Shown here: positions 52,459 to 60,357 of the stretch, piece after piece | How positions within the stretch are numbered: the stretch's first letter is position 1 | Layout of the letters: every line of letters starts with the position of its first letter | Source of the DNA: Candidatus Marsarchaeota archaeon | GTDB lineage: Archaea; Thermoproteota; Thermoprotei_A; Marsarchaeales; Marsarchaeaceae | NCBI GenBank assembly: GCA_023487445.1 | Contig: JAMDBQ010000006.1 | Location: forward strand, 4,157-68,156 | DNA: 64,000 bases | Direction of reading: 5' to 3' | Translations under genes and position numbers: made by a program | The notes under the pieces: generated by a model | Told to the model about the DNA's origin: nothing | The model's input: the letters and a program-made list of their open reading frames with translations, nothing else | Databases searched by the model: none

Positions 52459-53052
52459 CTACCTCCCCTTGTTGGCTATGTGCGCCTGAGTGAGTATGAG
52501 TCTGGTGTCGTCCAGAAGCCTCCTGTCCACATCCACTTTGTGCCTCAGACCCTTCACACTCTGTTTAGGATATTCGAAGGACATCACAAATTCGAAAACC
52601 TCTTCCATGCGCTTGAACACGGTTTCCGCCTCCCCCAGCTGATCCCCCCGCACCAGGTCAAGGCAGAGCCGCCTCAGCTCCCCCACGAGGTCCGCGAGTC
52701 CGAGGAGGTATTCATCGGGTTCGACTTTGAACTCGGTGTAAGATGGAACCTTCCCTGTCTCAACTACTTGTCTAAGGCACGACGCTTCAACGTATTCACA
52801 CAAGGCGTCGCGTATAACCGCAAGCCTTGAAGCGTAAGCGTGTTTCGCGCTAAGCTCCCTCACTCTTGTTATCCCGGTCTCCGCCTCCCTCAGCTTGGCG
52901 TCGCATCCCTTGAGGTCGCCTCTGTGAACCGCGGAAATCGCGGTGCCGCACGCCTCTATCACCACAGAGCACACCTCGGACACTTCTTCCTTTACAGACA
53001 TCTGTTCCTCAAGAAGCCTGAGTAACTCAGTTCTTTCGCTAGCTGTGTCCAT
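52459..53052 (-). CDS. translin-family protein
   Basis: ..ALCEYVEASCL......PDEYLLGLADLVGELRRLCLDLV.. is the translin signature (EY.EA ... Yl.Gl.D..GEl.R). Confidence 0.65.
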   Translation of the reverse strand: MDTASERTELLRLLEEQMSVKEEVSEVCSVVIEACGTAISAVHRGDLKGCDAKLREAETGITRVRELSAKHAYASRLAVIRDALCEYVEASCLRQVVETGKVPSYTEFKVEPDEYLLGLADLVGELRRLCLDLVRGDQLGEAETVFKRMEEVFEFVMSFEYPKQSVKGLRHKVDVDRRLLDDTRLILTQAHIANKGR

Positions 53053-53064
53053 GCAAGATCCAAC

Positions 53065-53691
53065 TCAGTTTTGGGCGCCTATGGGAACGCTTTCCTCCCT
53101 GCAACCCGAAGCGTCCACGTACACGACGTCAACTCCGTCACCTGAGCCGATGTCTCTTAGGCTCGCCCCACGAACCGCGGCGCGGGCAAGCGCTCCCGCG
53201 TCGTCTAGGGACGCGTGGGGGTCGTATCTGGATTCAAGTATCCCTATCGCTACCTGCGCCCCCGAACCTAGGGCTGCGTAGCGGTCAGGTAGAACCGATC
53301 CAAGCGCGTCAAACGTGTAGAGATGCGGGCCACCTGAGTCGTAGCCGCCGAGAAGAGTCTCCGTAAAGTAGGGTGTGAACCTCGCTTGGTAAAGTATTGT
53401 GCTGAGAAGCCTGCCAGCAGAGGCCACGCTCATCCCCCCGGGGTTGTCGAGTTCGTAAAGCGATACATGAGCCCGCAGTCGCCTTGACAGGCTCTGCATA
53501 TCCCCAACCAGGCCGGAGAATGCAACCGCAAGCCGGTCGCCTACCACGTACACCTTCTTCGCAGACTTAGAAAGAACGGTGTAGCCGTAGGAGAACCTTT
53601 TCTCCGAGGCAAGCACCACGCCGGCGTCAACCACAACACCTACAGCCGTGCCTCCCACGGGGAGCTGATTGGCCATGTTCTTCACGAACAC
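53065..53691 (-). CDS. psmB: proteasome beta subunit (second paralogue)
   Basis: Propeptide then GG|TAVGVVVDAGVVLASEKRF.. Confidence 0.85.
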   Translation of the reverse strand: MFVKNMANQLPVGGTAVGVVVDAGVVLASEKRFSYGYTVLSKSAKKVYVVGDRLAVAFSGLVGDMQSLSRRLRAHVSLYELDNPGGMSVASAGRLLSTILYQARFTPYFTETLLGGYDSGGPHLYTFDALGSVLPDRYAALGSGAQVAIGILESRYDPHASLDDAGALARAAVRGASLRDIGSGDGVDVVYVDASGCREESVPIGAQN

Positions 53692-53747
53692 AATCGAACC
53701 CCTGATTTAACTTTAACTTACGCCCACCTCTTTAACACTGAAACCAA

Positions 53748-54041
53748 TTGGTGCAGATGCACTCGGTGATCCGCGACGTCCTGAACAGGCTGAGGTGGGA
53801 TGAATCGCTCCGGGGGGAAGCAAGGGTGTGCTACGTTAGTAGAGAGCACGGCGTCGAGAGACTCGTGGACGTGAATTTCTCAGAGGTCACCGATATATCC
53901 AAGTCCTACTTCAGGGTGGGGGAAGGAGTGGACGCGAAGTACATCCCATATCACCGTGTTACTTGGATAGCCGCAGGGTCGAAAGTTCTTTGGCGTTCGA
54001 GGAGATGGGGTGAGCGGATTGGACGAGGCGGTGTATCGTAA
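53748..54041 (+). CDS. DUF504 (MJ1316-like) small protein
   Basis: ..IRDVLNRLRWDESL....VCYVSREHG....VNFSEV........KYIPYHRVTWI.. fits the DUF504 pattern. Confidence 0.55.
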   Translation: MVQMHSVIRDVLNRLRWDESLRGEARVCYVSREHGVERLVDVNFSEVTDISKSYFRVGEGVDAKYIPYHRVTWIAAGSKVLWRSRRWGERIGRGGVS

Positions 54042-55044
54042 CCCATTCAAGGCTTTGGGTGAAGTGCCCACAGAAGAAGACATAGAGAACTCACTATTCC
54101 GGAGGGTGTTCAACGTCAACATATCAAGCAGAGCTGAGGATAGGAGGAAGGCGCTTGCCACCGCCAAGGTAAACCTGCTTGCTAGGCTCTACGCCCAGCG
54201 GGTAAAGAAGATTACGCGGATTGAGAAAGAGATCGGGGAGGCCCACGCATTCCACGTGGAGCTATGTGACGCCTCCTTCCAAGGAGGGTACGATGGTCTG
54301 ATGGCTGACCTCAGACTTATCGCGGGTTCGGCGCGTATCGTCAACAGGCTCCAAGTCAAGTACGCCTCCATGATAAGGCGCGACCCTGCCCACGCCGACC
54401 GCTATAAAACCGAGTTCCTAGGGCGCGCAGGCTCTGTTGTCAAAAGGCTAGCCCCAAGCTTCAGCAACGTGAACGCTGCGTACGCCGTGCTCAAAGAACT
54501 TCCCGATCTAAACAACGAAGAGTTCAAGGTGGTGGTCGCAGGTGCCCCCCATGTTGGAAAGTCTTCGCTGGTGTCCAAGCTCACGAGCAGGAAGATTGAG
54601 ATAGGAACTTACCCTTTTACAACTAAGAAGATCAACGCGGGTACAGTGGACTCGAAGGGGTCTAGGGTGATAGTGTTCGATACACCCGGCCTCCTCGACC
54701 GCCCCCTCCACGAGAGGAACCCCATCGAGCGCAGGGCGGTGAGTGCCCTACGCTACCTTGCAAACAACGTGGTGTTCCTGATCGACCCAACCGAACGGGC
54801 AGGCTACTCTGTGGCCTACCAGGAGTCGATCCTTTCAAGTGTTAAGGAGCTCATACCCGACACTGAGGTGCTCAAAGTATACACTCACGCGGATAGGGTG
54901 AGCCAGATGCCTGAAGACGAGTGGTGGGTTTCAAACGTCACAGGGTACGGGCTGGACAGGTTAAAGGCGTACATAGTATCCAAGGCGGCGGCGTGGAGGA
55001 AGCACAGGATGGCGAGGAACATCTCAGAATACGTTGAACCATGA
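54010..55044 (+). CDS. NOG1-type nucleolar GTP-binding protein homologue
   Basis: NOG1 N-terminal helical region then G domain VVVAGAPHVGKSSLV (G1), YPFTT (G2), DTPGLLD (G3), THAD (G4-like). Confidence 0.75.
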   Translation: MSGLDEAVYRNPFKALGEVPTEEDIENSLFRRVFNVNISSRAEDRRKALATAKVNLLARLYAQRVKKITRIEKEIGEAHAFHVELCDASFQGGYDGLMADLRLIAGSARIVNRLQVKYASMIRRDPAHADRYKTEFLGRAGSVVKRLAPSFSNVNAAYAVLKELPDLNNEEFKVVVAGAPHVGKSSLVSKLTSRKIEIGTYPFTTKKINAGTVDSKGSRVIVFDTPGLLDRPLHERNPIERRAVSALRYLANNVVFLIDPTERAGYSVAYQESILSSVKELIPDTEVLKVYTHADRVSQMPEDEWWVSNVTGYGLDRLKAYIVSKAAAWRKHRMARNISEYVEP

Positions 55045-55122
55045 ACCCTCAAGGTCTCCACCCCGAAGCCTGGTAGGTATACTTGGGCCCAAGAAGTTAG
55101 CAGGCTGGGAAATACGGGTGCT

Positions 55123-55341
55123 CTACGGGCCTTCGAAGCCGCAGTTTGGGCACCTGTAGTTGGTACCCGTCTTCCTGCACCTTGCGCAGCGCCAGATAAC
55201 TATGACTCCGCACTTGGGGCACAGGAACTTCGTGCCCTTTTCAACGAGTATTATAGGCGTCCTGCACGAAGTGCAGATGGGGAGGGCTACTTCCTGCGCT
55301 GCGTCTGGGCGTGACATGGATAGGCGATGAGCAGCGAACAC
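55123..55341 (-). CDS. double zinc-ribbon protein (DUF1610/COG2888-like)
   Basis: 72 aa with four CxxC pairs: CTSC..CPKCG..CARC..CPNCG. Confidence 0.6.
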   Translation of the reverse strand: MFAAHRLSMSRPDAAQEVALPICTSCRTPIILVEKGTKFLCPKCGVIVIWRCARCRKTGTNYRCPNCGFEGP

Positions 55342-55352
55342 ATATAAAAGCT

Positions 55353-56438
55353 CTAAGCGGAAAGAAGCGAGGCCGCACCCTCCCTAACTAGGTTCCACAG
55401 CACGCCTGAGTGGTCGTCGAAGTCCGACTCCCTCAATACCATCTGCGTGGCAGGCGAACCGGATGCGACTTCGAGCATTCTGTCCTTAATCGAGCACGGC
55501 GTGGACAGTATCAGACGGAACATCGCTTCGGTGAGCCTTAGCGAGCCTCTGAGGCGCCTGTGCCATCGACGGTAGTCTGCGAGTGTGAGGTCTCCGCGCC
55601 TGAGGTCAGAGACCAAGGTCTTAGCGCCCATCATTCCAAGCCCGAGTCCACCACCTGTCATAGGCTTCACCTGACCCGCCTCATCTCCTAGGGCGACGTA
55701 GTTAAGCCTCTTCACCTCTACCGGGGCACCTCCTACCACCACTCTGCCGCCGAAGTAGCCTTTGACTCGCCCCGAGACGCCGAAGGCTTTGAACAGCGTC
55801 CTCAGTCTTCCGGTGAGTCCTCCAGCATAGGAAGCGAGGCCCACCTTGGCCCATGCCCCTGCGTCATACGGCGCGATCCACCCGAAGTAGCCGGGTATCC
55901 CACGTGAAAACAGCACATATACCGAGTCGGGTTCGAGTCGAGAGTCAAGTTCAACCCTCGCCTGTAAACCCGGAATAGTTCTGAGGCTGGTGTTGGCGGC
56001 GGGGCCTCTGGCACCCACAACAAGGTCGAACACGCGTCTGCTCCCGGGCCACGCTACACCGTATCCGCCTTTAACGGGGACGACCGAGGCCCTCGACTTG
56101 AGCTCGAAGCCCACACCCGACGAAGAAGCCGCCTCGTAAAGAGCCGCCTCATACCCTGGCCTATCCATCATCACTGCTTTGGTCACCCCCGCGGAGAACC
56201 TGTGAACGCCTCCCTCTCCAGCCTTTACATACCCCCCGGTGTATCCGGCGAGCACAAGTTTTTCGAGCTCAGGGTGACCCGCGGCTTCGAAGAAGTCGTG
56301 TCTGACTATCCCTGTGCAGTGTTCGGGGAAACCCACGCGCGGATGCTCTTCGAAAACCGTCACGCTGTAACCCGCTTGGGAAAGCCCGCATGCAGCGAGT
56401 AAACCTGCGGGTCCTGCTCCGAGCACGGCTACATTCAA
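55353..56438 (-). CDS. geranylgeranyl reductase-family FAD-dependent oxidoreductase
   Basis: N-terminal dinucleotide fold VAVLGAGPAGLLAA..VTVFEE; ..ALGDEAGQVKPMTGGG.. motif typical of GGR family. Confidence 0.75.
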   Translation of the reverse strand: MNVAVLGAGPAGLLAACGLSQAGYSVTVFEEHPRVGFPEHCTGIVRHDFFEAAGHPELEKLVLAGYTGGYVKAGEGGVHRFSAGVTKAVMMDRPGYEAALYEAASSSGVGFELKSRASVVPVKGGYGVAWPGSRRVFDLVVGARGPAANTSLRTIPGLQARVELDSRLEPDSVYVLFSRGIPGYFGWIAPYDAGAWAKVGLASYAGGLTGRLRTLFKAFGVSGRVKGYFGGRVVVGGAPVEVKRLNYVALGDEAGQVKPMTGGGLGLGMMGAKTLVSDLRRGDLTLADYRRWHRRLRGSLRLTEAMFRLILSTPCSIKDRMLEVASGSPATQMVLRESDFDDHSGVLWNLVREGAASLLSA

Positions 56439-56478
56439 TGGGTGTCACTGACAGCTTAAATTTCAGATATTTAACACT

Positions 56479-56868
56479 GTGGTCATGGCTCACGCCGCCG
56501 CGCCCGAAGACGAAGAAGAATACAAGCAGGTGATGGTTGTAAGGAAAGACCTAGAGTTGGGCTGCGGCAAACTTGCAGCCCAGGTCGCCCACGCCTCACT
56601 CGGTAGCTACGAAGAGTGCAGGAGAGATAAGCCTCACTGGGTGCACAAGTGGTCTCAAACCGGGTCGAGGAAGATAGTGGCGAAGGTAAAAGGCGAACAC
56701 GAGCTGTTCGAGCTAATGTACAAGGCAAGGTCGGAGGGAATCCCGTTCTACGCGGTAAGGGATGCTGGACTCACACAGGTCCCCCCAAACACCCTCACAT
56801 GTGTGGGCTTCGGCCCCGCACCCTCTTGGGCAATGGACAAAGTCACGGGCGAACTGAAGCTTCTATGA
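56479..56868 (+). CDS. pth2: peptidyl-tRNA hydrolase, archaeal/eukaryotic Pth2 type
   Basis: ..KQVMVVRKDLELGCGKLAAQVAHAS....WSQTGSRKIVAKV....YAVRDAGLTQVPPNTLTCVGFGP.. Confidence 0.9.
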   Translation: MVMAHAAAPEDEEEYKQVMVVRKDLELGCGKLAAQVAHASLGSYEECRRDKPHWVHKWSQTGSRKIVAKVKGEHELFELMYKARSEGIPFYAVRDAGLTQVPPNTLTCVGFGPAPSWAMDKVTGELKLL

Positions 56869-58052
56869 GCGCCTACGCGTTTCCCGAGATACCCGGGTGC
56901 ACCAACTGGATAGGGGCCCGTGTCCGCGTAGAAGTCGGCGGCTTGCCCGAAGACTTCAAGGTATGCGAAATACACGTGTCGGGTAAATCGGCATGCGTAA
57001 GCAACATCTCCACTTCGATCAGTGAGCATGCGCCCCCACGGGCGCCGGCAACACTCACTTTCGGAGTGCTAGAGAAAAGGGACATATCCACGCTTGACGC
57101 GGTCAGGGCACTCGCAAATCGCCTCAACGTACCGCGGTCCTCTATCGGTGTGGGCGGCTTGAAGGACAGGCGTGCAGTCACATACCAGTTCATCACCGCC
57201 CCCGGCCACGTGCAGGCGCTCACCGTGGGATCCGTCAGGTTCACCCCTCTGGGGTACAGGAGCACACCCTACTCTCCGAAGGAGGTGTGGGGCAATGGCT
57301 TTCAGGTGAACCTCACCCATACCCTTACACCTGTAGAGGCACGCAGCCTCGAATCCAAAGCACCCCACCTCAAGGTGCCATCATTCTACGGCCACCAGCG
57401 ATTCGGTGCAGCCGACTCCGACACCCATCTCGTAGGTCTGGAAATCGTCAGGGGAAACTATGGTCGGGCAATCCAATTCATACTGGGTGGGACCTACGGC
57501 TGGTACGAGCGTAAGCTAGAAGCGATGCTCGGGGAAACTCGGGACGAGGAGCAGGCGCTGAGGACGCTTGACCCCGTGGTTCTCAGACTGTTCGTGAACG
57601 CCTATCAGTCCTACGTCTTCAACAAAACACTCTCCACCCTCCTCGGCGAGTATGGCTCAGTTGAGAACATTCCCTGCCACGTCTACGGCGTAGCCGACAG
57701 ATACGGCATCGTGACCGCGTTGAAAACCAGCAAACCAGCCAGCGGAAGTGGACGGAGCGGCGCGCAGCCCCCGACGCAGTCGGGGCGAGGCGTGTACCCG
57801 ATGCTCGAGATACCCGGGTACTCAACACCCGGAGGCTCGGTTCAGGCGACGATTATGGCTCAGGACGGCGTTGAACCCTTGGACTTCAGAAACACCGTCG
57901 CAGGAGGGTTCCGTGGAGGATACAGACCGGTGTACTTCGAAATACGCGGGTTTAGTGTGCGAACCCAGCCCCTGTTCGCCGCCACGGCGTTTTCGTTAAG
58001 GAGGGGCATGTACGCCACCGTGGCGCTACGAGCGCTCCTAGCCGAGGACTGA
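56865..58052 (+). CDS. truD: tRNA pseudouridine synthase TruD/Pus7 family
   Basis: ATGA overlap with the pth2 stop; ..GVGGLKDRRAVTYQFIT.. contains the catalytic GxKD motif; ..YGHQRFG.. follows. The track ORF (56649) extends upstream through pth2. Confidence 0.75.
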   Translation: MSAYAFPEIPGCTNWIGARVRVEVGGLPEDFKVCEIHVSGKSACVSNISTSISEHAPPRAPATLTFGVLEKRDISTLDAVRALANRLNVPRSSIGVGGLKDRRAVTYQFITAPGHVQALTVGSVRFTPLGYRSTPYSPKEVWGNGFQVNLTHTLTPVEARSLESKAPHLKVPSFYGHQRFGAADSDTHLVGLEIVRGNYGRAIQFILGGTYGWYERKLEAMLGETRDEEQALRTLDPVVLRLFVNAYQSYVFNKTLSTLLGEYGSVENIPCHVYGVADRYGIVTALKTSKPASGSGRSGAQPPTQSGRGVYPMLEIPGYSTPGGSVQATIMAQDGVEPLDFRNTVAGGFRGGYRPVYFEIRGFSVRTQPLFAATAFSLRRGMYATVALRALLAED

Positions 58053-58122
58053 ATAGGCCAGAGGTTTCGGCTCGGTCTACCTTAGCCCCTTTAGCCAAAT
58101 CTGGCTAAAAGAAGGGACCCAT

Positions 58123-58317
58123 ATGAATGAGCGTGTAGCAGGATTCACGGAGGCGTTGCTTGTGGTGAGGCACTGGCTCAAAGAAGCGCGTCAAGCACGT
58201 GAACCGCGGGGGGACGCCTTGCAGCGCGTTCAGGCAAGGCTTGACCAAACCCTGGAGCTACTGCAGGCCGGCCTAGCCGCCGAAGTCGAGCAGGAGCTGA
58301 AGAACTGGTCGAAGTGA
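58123..58317 (+). CDS. hypothetical small helical protein
   Basis: 64-aa ORF predicted all-helical (..LLVVRHWLKEARQA....LDQTLELLQAGLAAEVEQELKNW), convergent with the wHTH gene. No motif recognised. Confidence 0.3.
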   Translation: MNERVAGFTEALLVVRHWLKEARQAREPRGDALQRVQARLDQTLELLQAGLAAEVEQELKNWSK

Positions 58318-58366
58318 ATTCGTCGTCTAACCGAGCCTGCAGAAGCATTGCCCGCCGCCACCGAGT

Positions 58367-58693
58367 CTACCCCCGCTTGAATCCCGATCCCTCCACAACC
58401 TCTTTGAGCTTCTTAACATGCTCCGCGGCAAGTCTTCCCCGGGGTGTGAGCGAATGCATCACCGCCGGCCCCTCCTTTGAACGCCTAATCAAACCCAGTT
58501 CCTCTGCAACCGCGGCCGCCCGGGCGACACCGTTTCCGTCGATACCCGTCTTTCTCTGGATTTGGCCGGCGCTTAGAGGCGCGGGGAACACGTCCAAAAG
58601 CGCTGCAATCACCTCCTGCCAAAGCTCAAGCGGCCTGTCTTTTCGTCTAACCATTGAGACGATGTTTGGAGGCATGCCATTAAGCAACTCCAA
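58367..58693 (-). CDS. small winged-helix (MarR/ArsR-like) DNA-binding protein
   Basis: ..PLSAGQIQRKTGIDGNGVARAAAVAEELGLIRRS.....HSLTPRGRLAAEHVKKL.. = HTH + wing pattern. Confidence 0.5.
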   Translation of the reverse strand: MELLNGMPPNIVSMVRRKDRPLELWQEVIAALLDVFPAPLSAGQIQRKTGIDGNGVARAAAVAEELGLIRRSKEGPAVMHSLTPRGRLAAEHVKKLKEVVEGSGFKRG

Positions 58694-58740
58694 ATATAAC
58701 GCTTAATACTTTAAATGTTATAGTGTAACCGTTGATACAT

Positions 58741-59029
58741 GGCGGATACTAGGAGGCGCACGTCGATCACTCTACCACGCTCATCCCCCACGGGGCGGAC
58801 GCCCGCCGCAAACCGGTCTGGGCGATGCGGCTCCAGCGTGGCTGAGCTACCCCACCCCGCAATTACGGGGATGAGTTGCACAAGGCAGCGCGGCCACAGG
58901 GGCGTCCACTCCTACAAGCTCGGTGACGGATCCTGGTTCATATGGGGAACAATCTCGGCTGAGGAGATGGGTAAACCCCGCTCATAGCTGCGCCTCCCAG
59001 TCAAACGTGTGCGTGCATACGCCTCCGCC
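58741..59029 (+). ncRNA. candidate structured RNA of unknown class (boundaries approximate)
   Basis: ORF-poor GC-rich gap; TATA-like CTTTAAATG at 58709-58717 predicts a plus-strand start near G58741. Nested perfect helices are 58741-45/59025-29, 58752-60/58989-97, 58780-88/58867-75, 58805-10/58826-31 and 58952-56/58964-68. The 8-bp helix 58797-804/58900-907 crosses the third one (pseudoknot). See finding. Confidence 0.3.
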
Positions 59030-59140
59030 ACTTGAGCCGAGTCACATGGACGAGGCGGTTCACCGCACCAGCCGCGGCGTGTTCCAACCTAACCCCGAAT
59101 CTGGGGAGGGCAATGCGCCGCCAAGCCCGCATCTACGGTG

Positions 59141-59674
59141 TTAGCGTGGATTGAAGAAGCTTCTTACGTTGGGCCGCGTAAGATAGTACAGGATTATGAT
59201 ACTGATCACCGTGCCCACTGGGAACGCTAGTAGGCCTATTATCGCGAATACAATGGCTACGAGCCTCGCCCAGCCCTTCCCCGAGTAGAGACCCCAGGCA
59301 ATTCCTAGGTCTATAAGCGCCAACACAACGAATAGTCCCCCGAACACGCCAGCGAACGCGCCTACCGAGAGGAACAGAAACCCAGCAAAGAAGGCGGGAA
59401 GCAGGCTTGCGAGTGCGTTGAGCACCCACAGTGCCGCAAGGATAGTAACCCCCGTCGGCCTCTCCTTGGCGGTAGCAGAGGCCGCGCCCTGCTGGCCGAG
59501 GTAAACAGAACCTTGGGTCTGCGTCCAACTCTGGCCTTGGCCTTGGTTCTGGCTCTGACCTTGACCTGGGCTCTGAGGCTGAGTCTGCAGACGGGTGCCG
59601 CAGTTTGCGCAGAAAACTGCTTCAGCGGGGTTCTCAGCTCCGCAGCTCGGACATTTAGGCGCCATTGAAGACAA
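59141..59674 (-). CDS. zinc-ribbon membrane protein with Q/G/S-rich linker
   Basis: N-terminal CPSCG..FCANCG ribbon, low-complexity QPQSPGQGQSQNQGQGQS linker, then 4 TM helices. Confidence 0.55.
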   Translation of the reverse strand: MSSMAPKCPSCGAENPAEAVFCANCGTRLQTQPQSPGQGQSQNQGQGQSWTQTQGSVYLGQQGAASATAKERPTGVTILAALWVLNALASLLPAFFAGFLFLSVGAFAGVFGGLFVVLALIDLGIAWGLYSGKGWARLVAIVFAIIGLLAFPVGTVISIIILYYLTRPNVRSFFNPR

Positions 59675-59854
59675 ATAGGATCGTTTAACACCCTACCCGA
59701 AATCCTATTTAAGGCAAGTGGGCAATATTCAGGCAACCGCCTTCGCAAGAAGCGTCGTTAACAATAATCTATCTTTGCCATCCTAAGCGTCCATTGTAGC
59801 CGGGCGAAACAGGGTCTCGCAGGCTTCCGCTGGCGGCCAAGTAAACACTCAGAG

Positions 59855-59930
59855 GGCCGCAGGCGGGATTCGAACCCGCGATCCTCGGCTCCACAGGCCG
59901 ATGCGTTAACCAGACTACGCTACTGCGGCC
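59855..59930 (-). tRNA. tRNA-His(GUG): tRNA-His (anticodon GUG) with genome-encoded G-1
   Basis: G(-1) GCCGCAG TA GCGT AGTCTGGTTA ACGC A TCGGC CTGTGGA GCCGA GGATC GCGGG TTCGAAT CCCGC CTGCGGC C; G-1 can pair with discriminator C73. Confidence 0.85.
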
Positions 59931-60357
59931 ACGACACGCTGAGCCGCGGCTCGTGGCTCAGACTCGGCTGGGTCTAATAAGGAGTAGCACAAGGCACCGG
60001 GCTACCCTTGGCTAAGCCAAGACATGCGAGCCGCTCAGCCCGTGCACCGCCTTCTCCCCGGCAGGGAAACCTAATCAGATGCCTCGGAAGCTCGTGTTGA
60101 GACCTTGTCACTTAAGAAGCCTTAGCAGTCTAACCCCTGCGATCCACTTAGCTGGCGGCCGCCAAGTAATATTGTGCCTCAAGGATCTGAGAGACCTGCC
60201 CCACCCCGTGAACCTCTGAGTAGGGATCGGTCCGCGAAACCGGGCCTCGGCGCCCGCGTGGATTCGATAGTGCAGGGCTTGCCATAACACGGTCAAGGGA
60301 GGAATGGAGGTGGAAGCACAAGTTTTATCTTAAGCTAACCTCTGAAGAAGCAGCGGT

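Noticed and set aside
58820-58862. tRNA-like segment on the minus strand (GGGGTAGCTCAGCCACGCTGGAGC looks like acceptor plus D-arm)
   Set aside because: No matching 3' acceptor strand, no T-arm (TTCGAAT-type loop), and no foldable anticodon arm downstream, even allowing introns.
58850-58950. 5S rRNA
   Set aside because: GCGGCCACAGGGG superficially resembles the loop A region, but the diagnostic GAACCCGGAAGUUAAG helix III/loop C sequence is absent.
58741-60357. RNase P RNA as the identity of either orphan structured region
   Set aside because: The size fits. But I find no GAGGAAAGUCC (CR-I) on either strand. The two CCGG-containing boxes in 59931-60357 have the same polarity and cannot form P4. 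The GGGTAAACCCC (58967-77) and GCACAAGGCA (58878-87) motifs in 58741-59029 occur in the wrong order relative to the RNase P J11/12 consensus. The question is left open for a covariance-model scan.
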